From contig OY762224.2 of the NCBI GenBank assembly GCA_963665265.2, forward strand, positions 3,255,456-3,319,455: a stretch of DNA of 64,000 nt. The letters run 5' to 3'. The notes under the pieces were generated by a model. The model did no database searches. It saw only the letters and a list, made by a program, of their open reading frames with translations, and was not told the origin of the DNA. Of this stretch, positions 10,166 to 19,631 are shown in pieces. A program made the position numbers and the translations under genes. The DNA comes from Thermoguttaceae bacterium (GTDB taxonomy: Bacteria; Planctomycetota; Planctomycetia; Pirellulales; Thermoguttaceae). Within the stretch, counting starts at the first letter, position 1. Each line of letters begins with the position of its first letter.

Positions 10166-11713
10166 ATGAACGTCACGAACTTAAAGCAATGGTTTCCCTT
10201 GGCCGTGACCGGCGGAATATTGCTCGTCATTTTTATTCCGTACACGATCTACCAGGAATGTCGGATCGACGTGCCTAACCGCCAGATGGCCGTGCTGGTT
10301 CACAAGACCGGCATGGATTTGGAGCCGGGCAAAGTGATCGCGCCGGGACCGGAGTATAAAGGGGTGCAGGCGAAAGTCCTGACCGAAGGACGCTACTACT
10401 TCAATCCTTACGCATGGGATTGGCAAGTCGTTCCGCAAATTGAAATTCCCGAAGGAAAACTAGGCGTGGAAGTGCGTCTGTACGGCGAAGACCTTCCGTC
10501 CGGCGAATTGATCGCCTCGAAAGACACGCAAAAAGGGATCGTCGAGAATGTTCTTACGCCGGGGCGCTATGCAATCAACGCCTGGATCGCCGGCACGGAG
10601 AGAGATCGCGAAAGCTTCGCCGAAATCATCGAACTGCACGATCCGGTGACGATTCCCGCCGGTTTCAAAGGCTTAATAACGAATCTTTCAGCGTCGGCGC
10701 CGAAAAACGCGAATCAACTCGTTTCGGAGTCTGGCGAGCGCGGAGTTCAATCGAAGACGCTCGAACCGGGAACGTATTATTTGAATCCCTATGTTCAAGA
10801 AGTGCGATTAATCGACTGCCGCAGCCAACGCTACAATTTAAAAGACATCGGCTTCCCGACGCGAGACGGTTTCTGGGTGAGTCTTGAGGCGATCATCGAG
10901 TTTCGAGTGAAGCCGGACACGGCGGCGACCACCTATATCTTGTTCAACGAAGAGCGGGAAAAGAAATCGCTGGCCGAGGAAGTCATCGCAAAAGTAATCT
11001 TGCCGAACGCACGAGCCTACACCCGGTTGCGCGGCTCAAATCACTCGGGTAAGGAATTCATTACCGGCGATACGCGGGCGAATTTCCAAGATGATTTTCA
11101 AAAAGCGATGAAAGCGACGTGCGACGAACACGGCATTGAGGTCATTCAAGCGTTGATTACGACGATCAATCCTCCGGACAAGATCGCCGATCCGGTGCGA
11201 CGCCGTCAGATTGCGTTGCAGCAGGAGTCGCAATACAAAAAGGAAATCGATCAACAAGCGGCAGAACGCGAACTAGCAATACAAAAAGCAACGGTGAATC
11301 AGAAGCGCGAAATCGTCGCGGCGTCGCAAGAAGTCGTGGTCGTGACGACAGAAGCCAGAAAGAAGCAAGAAGTGGCGCTGATCGACGCGAACACGCGTTT
11401 GGCCGTGGCGGAGCAAAAATTATTGGCGGCAAAGGATTTAGCCTCGGCGGTGATGGCGAAGGGAAAGGCGGAAGCCGACGTGATTCGATTTGCGAACGAA
11501 GCGGAGGCGGCCGGTTGGCAAAAAGCGATCGCCGCGTTTAGCGGTAACGGAGACGAGTTCGCCCGCTGGACGTTGTTCCGGAAGATCGCGCCGGCCTATC
11601 GCAGCATGACGATCAACACGGCCGACAGCCCGTTGACGGACATATTCCGTTCGTTCGATTTCAAACACGCGGAGAAACCGTTGACTCAGCCGGCGACCTA
11701 CCCGGCGCGATAA
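10166..11713 (+). CDS. SPFH/band-7 domain membrane protein
   Basis: N-terminal TM helix, SPFH-like core (GFPTRDGFWVSLEAIIEFRVKPD) and a coiled-coil tail rich in A/E/K/Q. Confidence 0.7.
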   Translation: MNVTNLKQWFPLAVTGGILLVIFIPYTIYQECRIDVPNRQMAVLVHKTGMDLEPGKVIAPGPEYKGVQAKVLTEGRYYFNPYAWDWQVVPQIEIPEGKLGVEVRLYGEDLPSGELIASKDTQKGIVENVLTPGRYAINAWIAGTERDRESFAEIIELHDPVTIPAGFKGLITNLSASAPKNANQLVSESGERGVQSKTLEPGTYYLNPYVQEVRLIDCRSQRYNLKDIGFPTRDGFWVSLEAIIEFRVKPDTAATTYILFNEEREKKSLAEEVIAKVILPNARAYTRLRGSNHSGKEFITGDTRANFQDDFQKAMKATCDEHGIEVIQALITTINPPDKIADPVRRRQIALQQESQYKKEIDQQAAERELAIQKATVNQKREIVAASQEVVVVTTEARKKQEVALIDANTRLAVAEQKLLAAKDLASAVMAKGKAEADVIRFANEAEAAGWQKAIAAFSGNGDEFARWTLFRKIAPAYRSMTINTADSPLTDIFRSFDFKHAEKPLTQPATYPAR

Positions 11714-11780
11714 AACTTCAAGATTGAATTTCAATGACAAGACGGCCGAAAACACGGCGACATCATAAGCGAGATAAGAG

Positions 11781-13382
11781 ATGAACGCGAACATATTGAA
11801 AAAGATACTCGGCCCGACGACGATCGGCGTGGTTTTGTTATTCTTCTTCTCATACGAAGCGTTTGATTGGACGATCAATCGCATTTACGTTCCCGAGGGA
11901 AAAAGCCTTCTCCTGCGGTATAAAGGCCCGTTGGTGATGATTTACGGAAACAAGTACGCCGAAAAGGGTTTCGCCGCGGAGGGCGAGATCGGCGTTATGT
12001 CGAAAATGCCTGGGCCGGGCCGACATTTTTATTGTCCAATTTGGTGGGAACGCACGTTGGTTGACGACGTCGTCGTTCAAACCGGCGAATTGGCGATTGT
12101 GACGAGCAAGCTCGGCGAATCGCTTCCAAGCGGGCACTTTTTAGTGGAAGGCGACTTAGGCGATACGAAATATAAAGGAATTTTACGACGCTGCTTCGGT
12201 CCTGGGCGCTATCGCATCAACCCCTACGGGTATGAAGTGAAAATCGTCAAAGCCGAACAGGCGGATATGGGGAACGGGCAATTCAAAAGCTCGGGCTGGG
12301 TGAATATTAACCCCGGTTACGTCGGCGTGATGACTTATTTGACCGATAACCCGGCGACAAGCCGCAAAACAGGAATTCAAAACGACACGCTTCCGCCGGG
12401 ACTCTATGCGGTAAATCCGCGCGAAATGCAGATCGACGTGGTTTCGATCGGATACAATGCGGAGGAAATTTCAACGGATAAGATAAAGGACTCAAAAGGC
12501 CGCACGTTACTAGATGAAAGCGGCGAAGAGCAACCGATTCCTAATACGGGCATCGGATTTCCTTCAAGCGACGGTTTTAAAATTCACATGGATTTTAGCG
12601 CGGTTTGGGGGATTATGCCCGAGCAAGCTCCGAACATCATTCGCAGTTTCGGAAATATCGAGGCGGTACGTCAAAAAGTGATCATTCCGCAATGTGAAAG
12701 CATTTGCCGAAACAACGGTTCAAAGCTTGGAGCAGTCGATTTACTTGTTGGCGACTCTCGGCAGCAGTTTCAAGAGAACGTTGACGTCGCCTTCCAGAAA
12801 GTCCTAAAAGAGAAAGATATTAGTTTGCTGTTCGGGTTGATCCGTCATATTTATATATCGAAAGACGTGCGCGAACCGATTCAAAAGGGATACGTCGCCG
12901 AGGAGTTGAAACTCACGCGAGCGCAAGAGACGACTACGGCTAAAATGGAGGCGAATTTACGCGAAGCCGAACAAAAAGTGCTTTTAGAAGCGGCGAGGAT
13001 CAACGAAGGAACTAAAAAACTTGTGGCCGAAACAAAGGCGTCGGGACAAAAAGAATCGGCGACGATCGCCGCCGAAACGGAACGAAAAGTCGCCGAAATC
13101 GATAAAAAATGCGCCGAACTCGTCGCTCAGAAGACCATCGCGCTTGGTGAAGCGGAAAACGCCGCAAAGAAAATGCAACAAGAGGCGCGAGCGCAATTGT
13201 TCGAATTGGCGGTGAAAGCCTTCGGCGACCCGAGCGCCTATACTAAATGGGAGTTCGCCCAAGGATTGCCCGAAGACGTCGATTTGAAGATGATCTACGC
13301 CGGACAAGGAACCTTGTGGACTGACCTGAAAGGCTTGACGCCGGTTTTAGATTTCAAGCCGGAAAAGGCGAATAGCAAGTAG
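11781..13382 (+). CDS. SPFH/band-7 domain membrane protein (paralogous architecture)
   Basis: Same layout as the upstream gene: TM helix, SPFH-like core (GFPSSDGFKIHMDFSAVWGI) and a coiled-coil tail. Confidence 0.7.
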   Translation: MNANILKKILGPTTIGVVLLFFFSYEAFDWTINRIYVPEGKSLLLRYKGPLVMIYGNKYAEKGFAAEGEIGVMSKMPGPGRHFYCPIWWERTLVDDVVVQTGELAIVTSKLGESLPSGHFLVEGDLGDTKYKGILRRCFGPGRYRINPYGYEVKIVKAEQADMGNGQFKSSGWVNINPGYVGVMTYLTDNPATSRKTGIQNDTLPPGLYAVNPREMQIDVVSIGYNAEEISTDKIKDSKGRTLLDESGEEQPIPNTGIGFPSSDGFKIHMDFSAVWGIMPEQAPNIIRSFGNIEAVRQKVIIPQCESICRNNGSKLGAVDLLVGDSRQQFQENVDVAFQKVLKEKDISLLFGLIRHIYISKDVREPIQKGYVAEELKLTRAQETTTAKMEANLREAEQKVLLEAARINEGTKKLVAETKASGQKESATIAAETERKVAEIDKKCAELVAQKTIALGEAENAAKKMQQEARAQLFELAVKAFGDPSAYTKWEFAQGLPEDVDLKMIYAGQGTLWTDLKGLTPVLDFKPEKANSK

Positions 13383-13516
13383 AGGGCAGGGCGTGGGGCA
13401 TAGGGAATAGGGACGCCAAGGATGAACGAAGAGGAAAGAAGCGAGCGTGGCGGGTCGATGTCCCGCCCTACGAACAGCCATCCTTTCAGGATGAATAAGA
13501 AAGTCCGTTCTCTCGC

Positions 13517-15709
13517 TTAGCTCCACAAGTCGCGGGCTGCGCGGCGGACGTCGCGGCTGTGCGTTCGGACTCGCTCTTGAGTCAAGTCGGCGTCGAAGGC
13601 ATCCTCCTCGCTTGCGTCGGAGGCGATACGCTGATCGAAGCCGTCGAGAATCGCGCTGGGCAAAAACCGTGTTCGCTGCGCGAAGCTGTTGAAATCGCCG
13701 GAGCGAAAGCTGGAATAGTAGCGCAACGGGAAACAAACGTAAAGCCAATTCTTCGCGCGAGTGAGCGCCACGTAAAACAAGCGGCGTTCCTCTTCAATCT
13801 CCTCTTCTTTTCCCGTGGCCATGTCGGAAGGAATGTTTCCGTCGGAAACGTGTATCACGTAAGTAGCGTCCCATTCCAAACCTTTGGCCGAATGGATCGT
13901 GCTAAGTACAAGACAGTCGTCGTCTTTGTCGGGCTTCCCGGCGAAATCTTGCGTCGAGTTCGGGGGATCAAGCGTCAATTCCAAAAGCATGCGGCGACGA
14001 TTGCGATAGCGCGAGGCGATTAATTCGAGCTGCTCCAGGTCGCGAAGTCTCGGCGCCGGGTTGTCGTAATGCGTTTCGAGAAGCGGTTCGTAAAAGACGC
14101 GAACTCGATTAAGTTGCGAGGCTAAGTCTTCTTTGCTGGCTGAAAGCGACCGCATGAGATGCGTCAACTTTTCCCAATATTCCGCGGCGTCGGCCGGGGC
14201 TCGCCATTTGGTCCAACAGACGAAGTCCCCGCCCGACTCTCCGAGCATGTCCATAAGCTGTCGAGCTTTTTTGGGACCGACGCCGGGCAAGAGAGGCAAA
14301 ACCCGCGTTCCGGCGACCATGTCGAGCGGATTATCGGCCAATCGCAGAAAGCCAAGAAGGTCTTTCACATGTGCGGTTTCGGCAAATTTTAGGCCGCCGT
14401 ATTTGTGAAAAGGAATTTCACGGCGGGCCAACTCCGCTTCAAGGAGCATGCTGTGATGCGATGCGCGAAAGAGGACGGCCTGACGCGAAAGATCGACGCC
14501 CTCTTCGCGATGCTCCAGAATTTTTCGGATGACGAACTCGGCTTGGTCGCTTTCGTCTTCACAATGAACGAGTTGAGGCTTTCGTCCGCCAATCCGCGTG
14601 GCGATTAAATTTTTCTCGTAGCGTTCTTTCGCCAAACCGATGACGCGATTCGTGGCGTCGAGGATCGGCTGCACGCTGCGATAATTTTCTTCGAGTTTAA
14701 TGACCTTGGCGGCGGGAAAGTCTTTCGGGAAGTCGAGAATGTTCCGAATCGTAGCGGCGCGAAAAGAGTAGATCGATTGCGCGTCGTCGCCGACGACGGT
14801 CAGACCGTCCCCTTCGGGCGTGAGCAGTTTTAGGATGTCGGCCTGAAGCACGTTCGTGTCTTGGTATTCGTCGACGAGAACGCAATCGAACATACGGCGA
14901 ATGCGCGGTCCGACGGCTTCGTCAGCAAGGAGCGCTCGCCAATACAAGAGGAGATCGTCGTAATCGAGAACGCCGTTCTTTTCTTTGCGGTCAACGTAGG
15001 CGTCGAAAAGTTTTTTCAGGTCATCGGCCCATTGTCGGCACCAAGGAAAAACGGTCGCCAACGTCTCTTCGAGTTTCATGCGGGCGTTGACGCATCGGCT
15101 GTAGATATCGACGCAGGTTCCTTTCTTCGGAAACCGTTTGTCGGTCTTCGCCAAGTTCAACTCGGTTCGCAAGACGTTCATCAGGTCTTCGGAGTCGGTT
15201 CGGTCATGGACCGAAAAATCTTCGGGCAAACCGATCGCTTTGCCGAATCGTCGCAACAATCGCACGGAGACCGCATGGAAAGTTCCGCTCCAAACGCGAG
15301 TGACGGGAACGTGGCCGGACGTCGAGGCTGACAAAGCCCCGAACGGCTCATCGTCGAACAGTAAGTTCGCCTCTTCGGAATTCTTCGCCTCCGCAGAATT
15401 GAATGACGGGGCAGGGGAGGGGGGGGCGATTTGAATTTTACGGACCAGCGAATCGGCGCGGCGGAGCATTTCTGCGGCGGCGCGACGGGAAAACGTAAGC
15501 AAGAGAATCCGACTCGGCTCGACGCCCTGCGAAATGAGCCAAGCCACGCGATGAACCAGAGTGGTCGTCTTTCCCGTGCCCGCTCCGGCCACGATAAGCA
15601 ACGGATTTCGACCATGCGTGACCGCCTCGCATTGCCGAACGTTCAATTTGGCCAACAGCTCGCCGATCGTCGACGTCGATTCCGTTCGTTTTTCCGCAGG
15701 ATTTGTCAT
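13517..15709 (-). CDS. UvrD/Rep/PcrA-family ATP-dependent DNA helicase
   Basis: AGAGTGKTTTLVHRVAWL (Walker A), VLVDEYQDTN, VVGDDAQSIYSFRAA, STIHSAKGLEW. Start taken at MTNPAEK. Confidence 0.85.
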   Translation of the reverse strand: MTNPAEKRTESTSTIGELLAKLNVRQCEAVTHGRNPLLIVAGAGTGKTTTLVHRVAWLISQGVEPSRILLLTFSRRAAAEMLRRADSLVRKIQIAPPSPAPSFNSAEAKNSEEANLLFDDEPFGALSASTSGHVPVTRVWSGTFHAVSVRLLRRFGKAIGLPEDFSVHDRTDSEDLMNVLRTELNLAKTDKRFPKKGTCVDIYSRCVNARMKLEETLATVFPWCRQWADDLKKLFDAYVDRKEKNGVLDYDDLLLYWRALLADEAVGPRIRRMFDCVLVDEYQDTNVLQADILKLLTPEGDGLTVVGDDAQSIYSFRAATIRNILDFPKDFPAAKVIKLEENYRSVQPILDATNRVIGLAKERYEKNLIATRIGGRKPQLVHCEDESDQAEFVIRKILEHREEGVDLSRQAVLFRASHHSMLLEAELARREIPFHKYGGLKFAETAHVKDLLGFLRLADNPLDMVAGTRVLPLLPGVGPKKARQLMDMLGESGGDFVCWTKWRAPADAAEYWEKLTHLMRSLSASKEDLASQLNRVRVFYEPLLETHYDNPAPRLRDLEQLELIASRYRNRRRMLLELTLDPPNSTQDFAGKPDKDDDCLVLSTIHSAKGLEWDATYVIHVSDGNIPSDMATGKEEEIEEERRLFYVALTRAKNWLYVCFPLRYYSSFRSGDFNSFAQRTRFLPSAILDGFDQRIASDASEEDAFDADLTQERVRTHSRDVRRAARDLWS

Positions 15710-15810
15710 GGGATATCGCAAGTTGCCGTATTGCCTCGATAACGCAATATGGTACGATTCCAAGGAGGAAAAAGGAATAGGCGAACCATTCTTGACCGGA
15801 GGCGATCGCA

Positions 15811-16188
15811 ATGAGCGAGCACGACGAATTGCTTAAACGCCAACAAGAAAAGCTGACGCGGGTAGGCGTCCCCACGCTAAAACGGCATATTTTCCTTTGC
15901 TGCGATCAGACGAAACCCAATTGCTCGACGAAAGAGCAATCGCTCGTCGCATGGGAATATCTCAAGCGGCGACTGGACGAATTAAACCTGGTCGATCAAG
16001 GGGGCGTCTATCGAACGAAGGCAAATTGCCTGCGAGTGTGCATGGGGGGGCCGGTGGCGGTGGTCTATCCCGAGGGCGCTTGGTACGCGAAATGCGATCC
16101 GCCAGTTTTGGAACGGATCATCCAGGAACACCTGATCGGCGGAAAAATCGTCGAAGAGTTTTTGATTACGCAAAGGCCGCTGGGTTAG
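15811..16188 (+). CDS. thioredoxin-like [2Fe-2S] ferredoxin-family protein
   Basis: [14 protein letters not shown]...[23 protein letters not shown], a pattern typical of (2Fe-2S) ferredoxin-domain proteins. Confidence 0.6.
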   Translation: MSEHDELLKRQQEKLTRVGVPTLKRHIFLCCDQTKPNCSTKEQSLVAWEYLKRRLDELNLVDQGGVYRTKANCLRVCMGGPVAVVYPEGAWYAKCDPPVLERIIQEHLIGGKIVEEFLITQRPLG

Positions 16189-16281
16189 CGAAAAACGCCG
16201 TAATTTGACGGCTCGGCGGGTCGTTTTTACAATGAACGTTTCGCCTCGAACGCGCTGTATTTCCAAGTTCTACGAAACGCC

Positions 16282-16614
16282 ATGGACGATTTTTTCGGTA
16301 TTAGCCTGTCGGAGCTGCTCCTCGTCGGGGCGATCGCCGTGATCGTTTTCGGCAAAGATTTGCCAAGCGCTCTGCGAAAAGCGGGCAAAGCCGTCGGCTC
16401 GCTGAAGAAGCTCTTTGACAGTTTTGACCAAGAATTCCGACAAAATATCGACGATATTGGGTTAAACGTCTCGCTTCCGAAGCTCGGTCTGAAACCAGAT
16501 TATTCGTCGGGGCCGCCGACGCGGCAGAAAAATGACGCAAACCGCTATTCGCTCGGCACGGACTATTTGGAGCCGACGGCGCCGAAGTTTGAACCGCCCC
16601 CGGAACGTCCGTAA
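16282..16614 (+). CDS. tatA: Sec-independent translocase TatA/E family
   Basis: N-terminus GISLSELLLVGAIAVIVFGKDLPSALRKAGKAVGSLKK: a TM helix followed by an amphipathic helix. Confidence 0.8.
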   Translation: MDDFFGISLSELLLVGAIAVIVFGKDLPSALRKAGKAVGSLKKLFDSFDQEFRQNIDDIGLNVSLPKLGLKPDYSSGPPTRQKNDANRYSLGTDYLEPTAPKFEPPPERP

Positions 16615-16758
16615 AGCCTGAGGAACAAACCGTTTGAGGTGGGCTTCCCTTCAAAAAAAATCCTGGTTACAATGCTATTTTCGCGTGTAAGAAAGGTCGA
16701 GCACGCGAAAAAGCGCGACGGCCTTAAATCGTTGCGCAATTGGAAGTTACGCGAAATC

Positions 16759-16832
16759 GGGCGGCTAGCTCAGTTGGTTAGAGCGCCATGCTCACACCGT
16801 GGAAGTCGTTGGTTCGAGTCCAATGCCGCCCA
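16759..16832 (+). tRNA. tRNA-Val (CAC)
   Basis: GGGCGGCTAGCTCAGTTGGTTAGAGCGCCATGCTCACACCGTGGAAGTCGTTGGTTCGAGTCCAATGCCGCCCA forms a full cloverleaf with anticodon loop CUCACAC. Confidence 0.9.
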
Positions 16833-16840
16833 CTAGCACA

Positions 16841-16876
16841 AACCCTTGTAGGATAATGACTTACAAGGGTTTTTTC
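16841..16876 (+). terminator. intrinsic terminator after tRNA-Val
   Basis: AACCCTTGTA / TACAAGGGTT stem followed by TTTTT. Confidence 0.6.
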
Positions 16877-16888
16877 GTGCCTGGATTC

Positions 16889-16924
16889 TATATACTTCGA
16901 CGTTTATATACTTTTTATATACTT
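16889..16924 (+). repeat. three direct copies of TATATACTT (16889, 16905, 16916)
   Basis: Exact 9-mers within 36 bp, 57 nt after the tRNA-Val end. They are candidates for recombinase arm sites or iterons. Confidence 0.5.
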
Positions 16925-17171
16925 CTAGTCGGCTGAAAAGTAGGCTGACCGATTCTGGCAACACTCCTCTTCTCAGATCAGCAACAGCGATGTTCAATCG
17001 TTTTTGGTGGGTGCAGTAAGAACGGTCGAGAAGGGGAGCAAACGCCGCTTGCCCTAGAGAGGCAAGACAGGTCATTTGTGGCTGCCACTATCCGGCATGG
17101 AAGATAAACCGTTTAATCCCCCCACCTCCGCCAGTGATTGACAATCCGCCAGCCATCGATAGATTGAATGG

Positions 17172-17238
17172 ACCCCTTCTGGTTGAGTTTTACTCAACTT
17201 TAAGCCGTTTGGTCGCTGCCCCGCCAAGCGGCTTTTTT
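17172..17238 (+). ncRNA. candidate small RNA
   Basis: GATTGACAA -35 box (17138-17143), 16-nt spacer, TAGATT -10 box (17160-17165). There is a small hairpin TTGAG/CTCAA. The terminator stem is GCCGTTTGG/CCAAGCGGC with loop UCGCUGCCCCG, followed by T6. Confidence 0.3.
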
Positions 17239-17296
17239 CGTTTTACGAGGTCCGCTCTAAGTTGAAAAGCCTCCAACTACGGAGAAGCCACGACAA

Positions 17297-17968
17297 ATGA
17301 CGCCCACCGAAGTCTGCTCTTTGATTCAACGCACACTGGAACGATTACCCAGCAAGTCTGTTCCCCGCAATCGTGCATTTTCCAAATATTTTTTGTTCAA
17401 ATCTGGAGACCCAGATTTGGCAATTCGTTACGAAGAGATACTGAGACTGAGAACCTGCCACCCCGATGGCTTTTTTTGGTTGCTATTCCTAAGAAATCAC
17501 CCTGATAATTTTTTCGTGATCCCAAGTGCTGCGGCAAATGAGGTTATTTCTGGCTCGCCAAAAGCAATCCGCATTGGCAAGAAGCATAAAGGGCGTTACT
17601 ACCCCACCTGCTGGAAACTTAAGCATAAAAACACACCACATGCTGAGATTTATTTTCTCCAGAACCAACTTACAAAATCCACGATCGATCTAAAACCCTT
17701 TCATAACGACGCTATTTCGTTCGAAAAAAATATCTTTAGCCACTGGGAAGCTTTGGATGAGCCTGATTCTTGGCAGCCACCGCTGACAAAATGTCCGAAA
17801 TGCGGTGCTATCGTAAAGGACTTCAGACCGTTGGACAGCCAGTGTAAAAACTATAAATGTTCGCTTCGCTGGATCGAAGATCAAAATGATTGGTTTGATT
17901 TTGACGAGAAGACAAACTCGTGGAGTAAACTCTTCGTCGTTCATAGCCCCCAAACTATATCACGCTAA
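17297..17968 (+). CDS. hypothetical protein with C-terminal Cys-pair (zinc-ribbon-like) motif
   Basis: 223-aa ORF containing CPKCG...CKNYKC. No family recognised. Confidence 0.45.
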   Translation: MTPTEVCSLIQRTLERLPSKSVPRNRAFSKYFLFKSGDPDLAIRYEEILRLRTCHPDGFFWLLFLRNHPDNFFVIPSAAANEVISGSPKAIRIGKKHKGRYYPTCWKLKHKNTPHAEIYFLQNQLTKSTIDLKPFHNDAISFEKNIFSHWEALDEPDSWQPPLTKCPKCGAIVKDFRPLDSQCKNYKCSLRWIEDQNDWFDFDEKTNSWSKLFVVHSPQTISR

Positions 17969-18436
17969 TTCGCCAATATTCTCTGGTCCAATTTCAGCTT
18001 GGTGGGGTCCGAGTTGCAGTTCATAACTACCTAAATTAGAATGACGGATGTCCTCCAGTCGGAGGATTTCTTCTTAAAAGCGAGTAAAGGATACATTTCA
18101 GGCTCAACGAAGCCTATATGACACAATTTGAATGACTTGCGAAAGTCAGTTCTGCTCCATCGAAAACCATCAACTTGGGCCTTTGGCCCTCGACTTTTAC
18201 AGGAAGCAGTGCTGGTCTGTCGCTCCCCGTCTGGGAGCGTCGACTATGTGCTGTTCTGTACCCGTGATGGGGTTCGATGGCGGCCGTGGTTTGACGCTCC
18301 CTTTTTCTTTGATTTCTTCGACGAAATTCTGCGTCACCCCGAGCCGCTTTCGGCATCCTTCGGACCTTGTGCGAGTCTCGTTCAACGTTCGGACCTCGTC
18401 TCGTCAGACGTTCATTTACCAGAAGGGAGCGTGCAA

Positions 18437-19075
18437 ATGGCGGTGCTGTGGTATTACATAAAAAACGGTCAACAAGTCGGTCCCGTTTCTTCCGTGCAAC
18501 TGAAACAGTTAGCTGTTTCGGGAGATTTGCAGCCGAACGACTTAGTGTGGAAAGAGGGAATGAGCCAGTGGGTGGCGGCTCAACGGCTTAAAGGGCTTTT
18601 TCACGCAGCGACAGCGGTAGCCCCACCGCCCACCGTCGCAATACAACATGAAGTTCTGCGGCAGCGAACTAAAGGACTCAGGCAGTCAATTGTTCAGCAA
18701 GTCTTGAAAACACTAAAAACGACAAATGAAGGAACCGGCTTGTCCTTGAGCAACTTACCACCTTGGACAAAGAATAAATGGCTGTGGATCGGAGTCGCCT
18801 GCGTCCTTCTAATCATGATGCTGTCGAGCGGCAATTCCGCTGCATACAAAAGGGGGTATGACGACGGAACTCGTTTTGCTGCCGATATGCTCAGCATTCC
18901 TCGTCGCTACGGTGAATCTCCATTGAGTGTGCTCGATGCTATAAAAGATACTGCAAGTGATGAAGACTACACTGGGTTTGCTAGCACTCCATATCCCAAA
19001 GGTTCAACCGAAAACAAAGACTACCGAAGAGGCTACAAAGATGCCATCGAGGCAGTAAAACGTCGGTTAAAGTGA
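18437..19075 (+). CDS. GYF_2 (DUF4339) domain membrane protein
   Basis: ATG at 18437 preceded by GAAGGGAG. MAVLWYYIKNGQQVGPVSSVQLKQLAVSGDLQPNDLVWKEGMSQWVAAQRL is a GYF_2 signature, followed by a TM helix. Confidence 0.6.
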   Translation: MAVLWYYIKNGQQVGPVSSVQLKQLAVSGDLQPNDLVWKEGMSQWVAAQRLKGLFHAATAVAPPPTVAIQHEVLRQRTKGLRQSIVQQVLKTLKTTNEGTGLSLSNLPPWTKNKWLWIGVACVLLIMMLSSGNSAAYKRGYDDGTRFAADMLSIPRRYGESPLSVLDAIKDTASDEDYTGFASTPYPKGSTENKDYRRGYKDAIEAVKRRLK

Positions 19076-19377
19076 TAACACCTAACAAGAGGATGATTAT
19101 GACCCTGGAATACCGCATGAGCCAGTATATGGATATTCAGACCCATCGATGTAGATTCTGCGGTGGGCAATTCATGCCGACAACGGCACCCAATCTTGGC
19201 AGGAACATCGTGGGAACCATTCTTTTCATCATGTGTATCGTAAAATTCGGTATTTTTTCTTTCTCGTTCCCTGATGGACTTATTTCACTTCCATTGCTTA
19301 TGGTCGCCGTTGGTCTAATGTCTATAAAGCGTAAGGCGTGGAAGTGCCACCAGTGTGAGCGGGAGTTCATCCCGTAG
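19072..19377 (+). CDS. small membrane protein with CxxC...CxxC
   Basis: 101 aa with CRFCGG...CHQCE flanking two hydrophobic helices. The start is uncertain. Confidence 0.4.
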   Translation: MITPNKRMIMTLEYRMSQYMDIQTHRCRFCGGQFMPTTAPNLGRNIVGTILFIMCIVKFGIFSFSFPDGLISLPLLMVAVGLMSIKRKAWKCHQCEREFIP

Positions 19378-19386
19378 CACCAAACA

Positions 19387-19604
19387 ATGCTCATCGTTTT
19401 CTCGGCGACCAGCGTCGGCCCTGGAGAATTTGCTGATTCAGCGGGATTACAAAAGAGAGATGTAATCTTAGCCATCAATGGAAAAAAACCGACATCAAGG
19501 ATGACGCATTTTCCATGAGACATAAAGGAAGCATTGGCGGCGCCGTACATTTCAAAATTCGCCGTGGCGACAAGGAAATGGAAATTGCCGTCCCGATTGA
19601 ATAG
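19387..19604 (+). pseudogene. stand-alone PDZ-domain fragment with a frameshift in an A7 run
   Basis: Frame a reads MLIVFSATSVGPGEFADSAGLQKRDVILAINGKKP. After the A-run at about 19482-19488 the sense continues in another frame as TDIKDDAFSMRHKGSIGGAVHFKIRRGDKEMEIAVPIE*. The fragment is similar to the PDZ end of the next gene. Confidence 0.5.
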
Positions 19605-19631
19605 TTCTTTCAGCTTTTTTAGGAGTTATAC

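Noticed and set aside
9925-10245. 106-aa minus-strand ORF in the nitroreductase/SPFH divergent promoter region
   Set aside because: It overlaps the well-supported SPFH gene start and has no motif. It is probably spurious.
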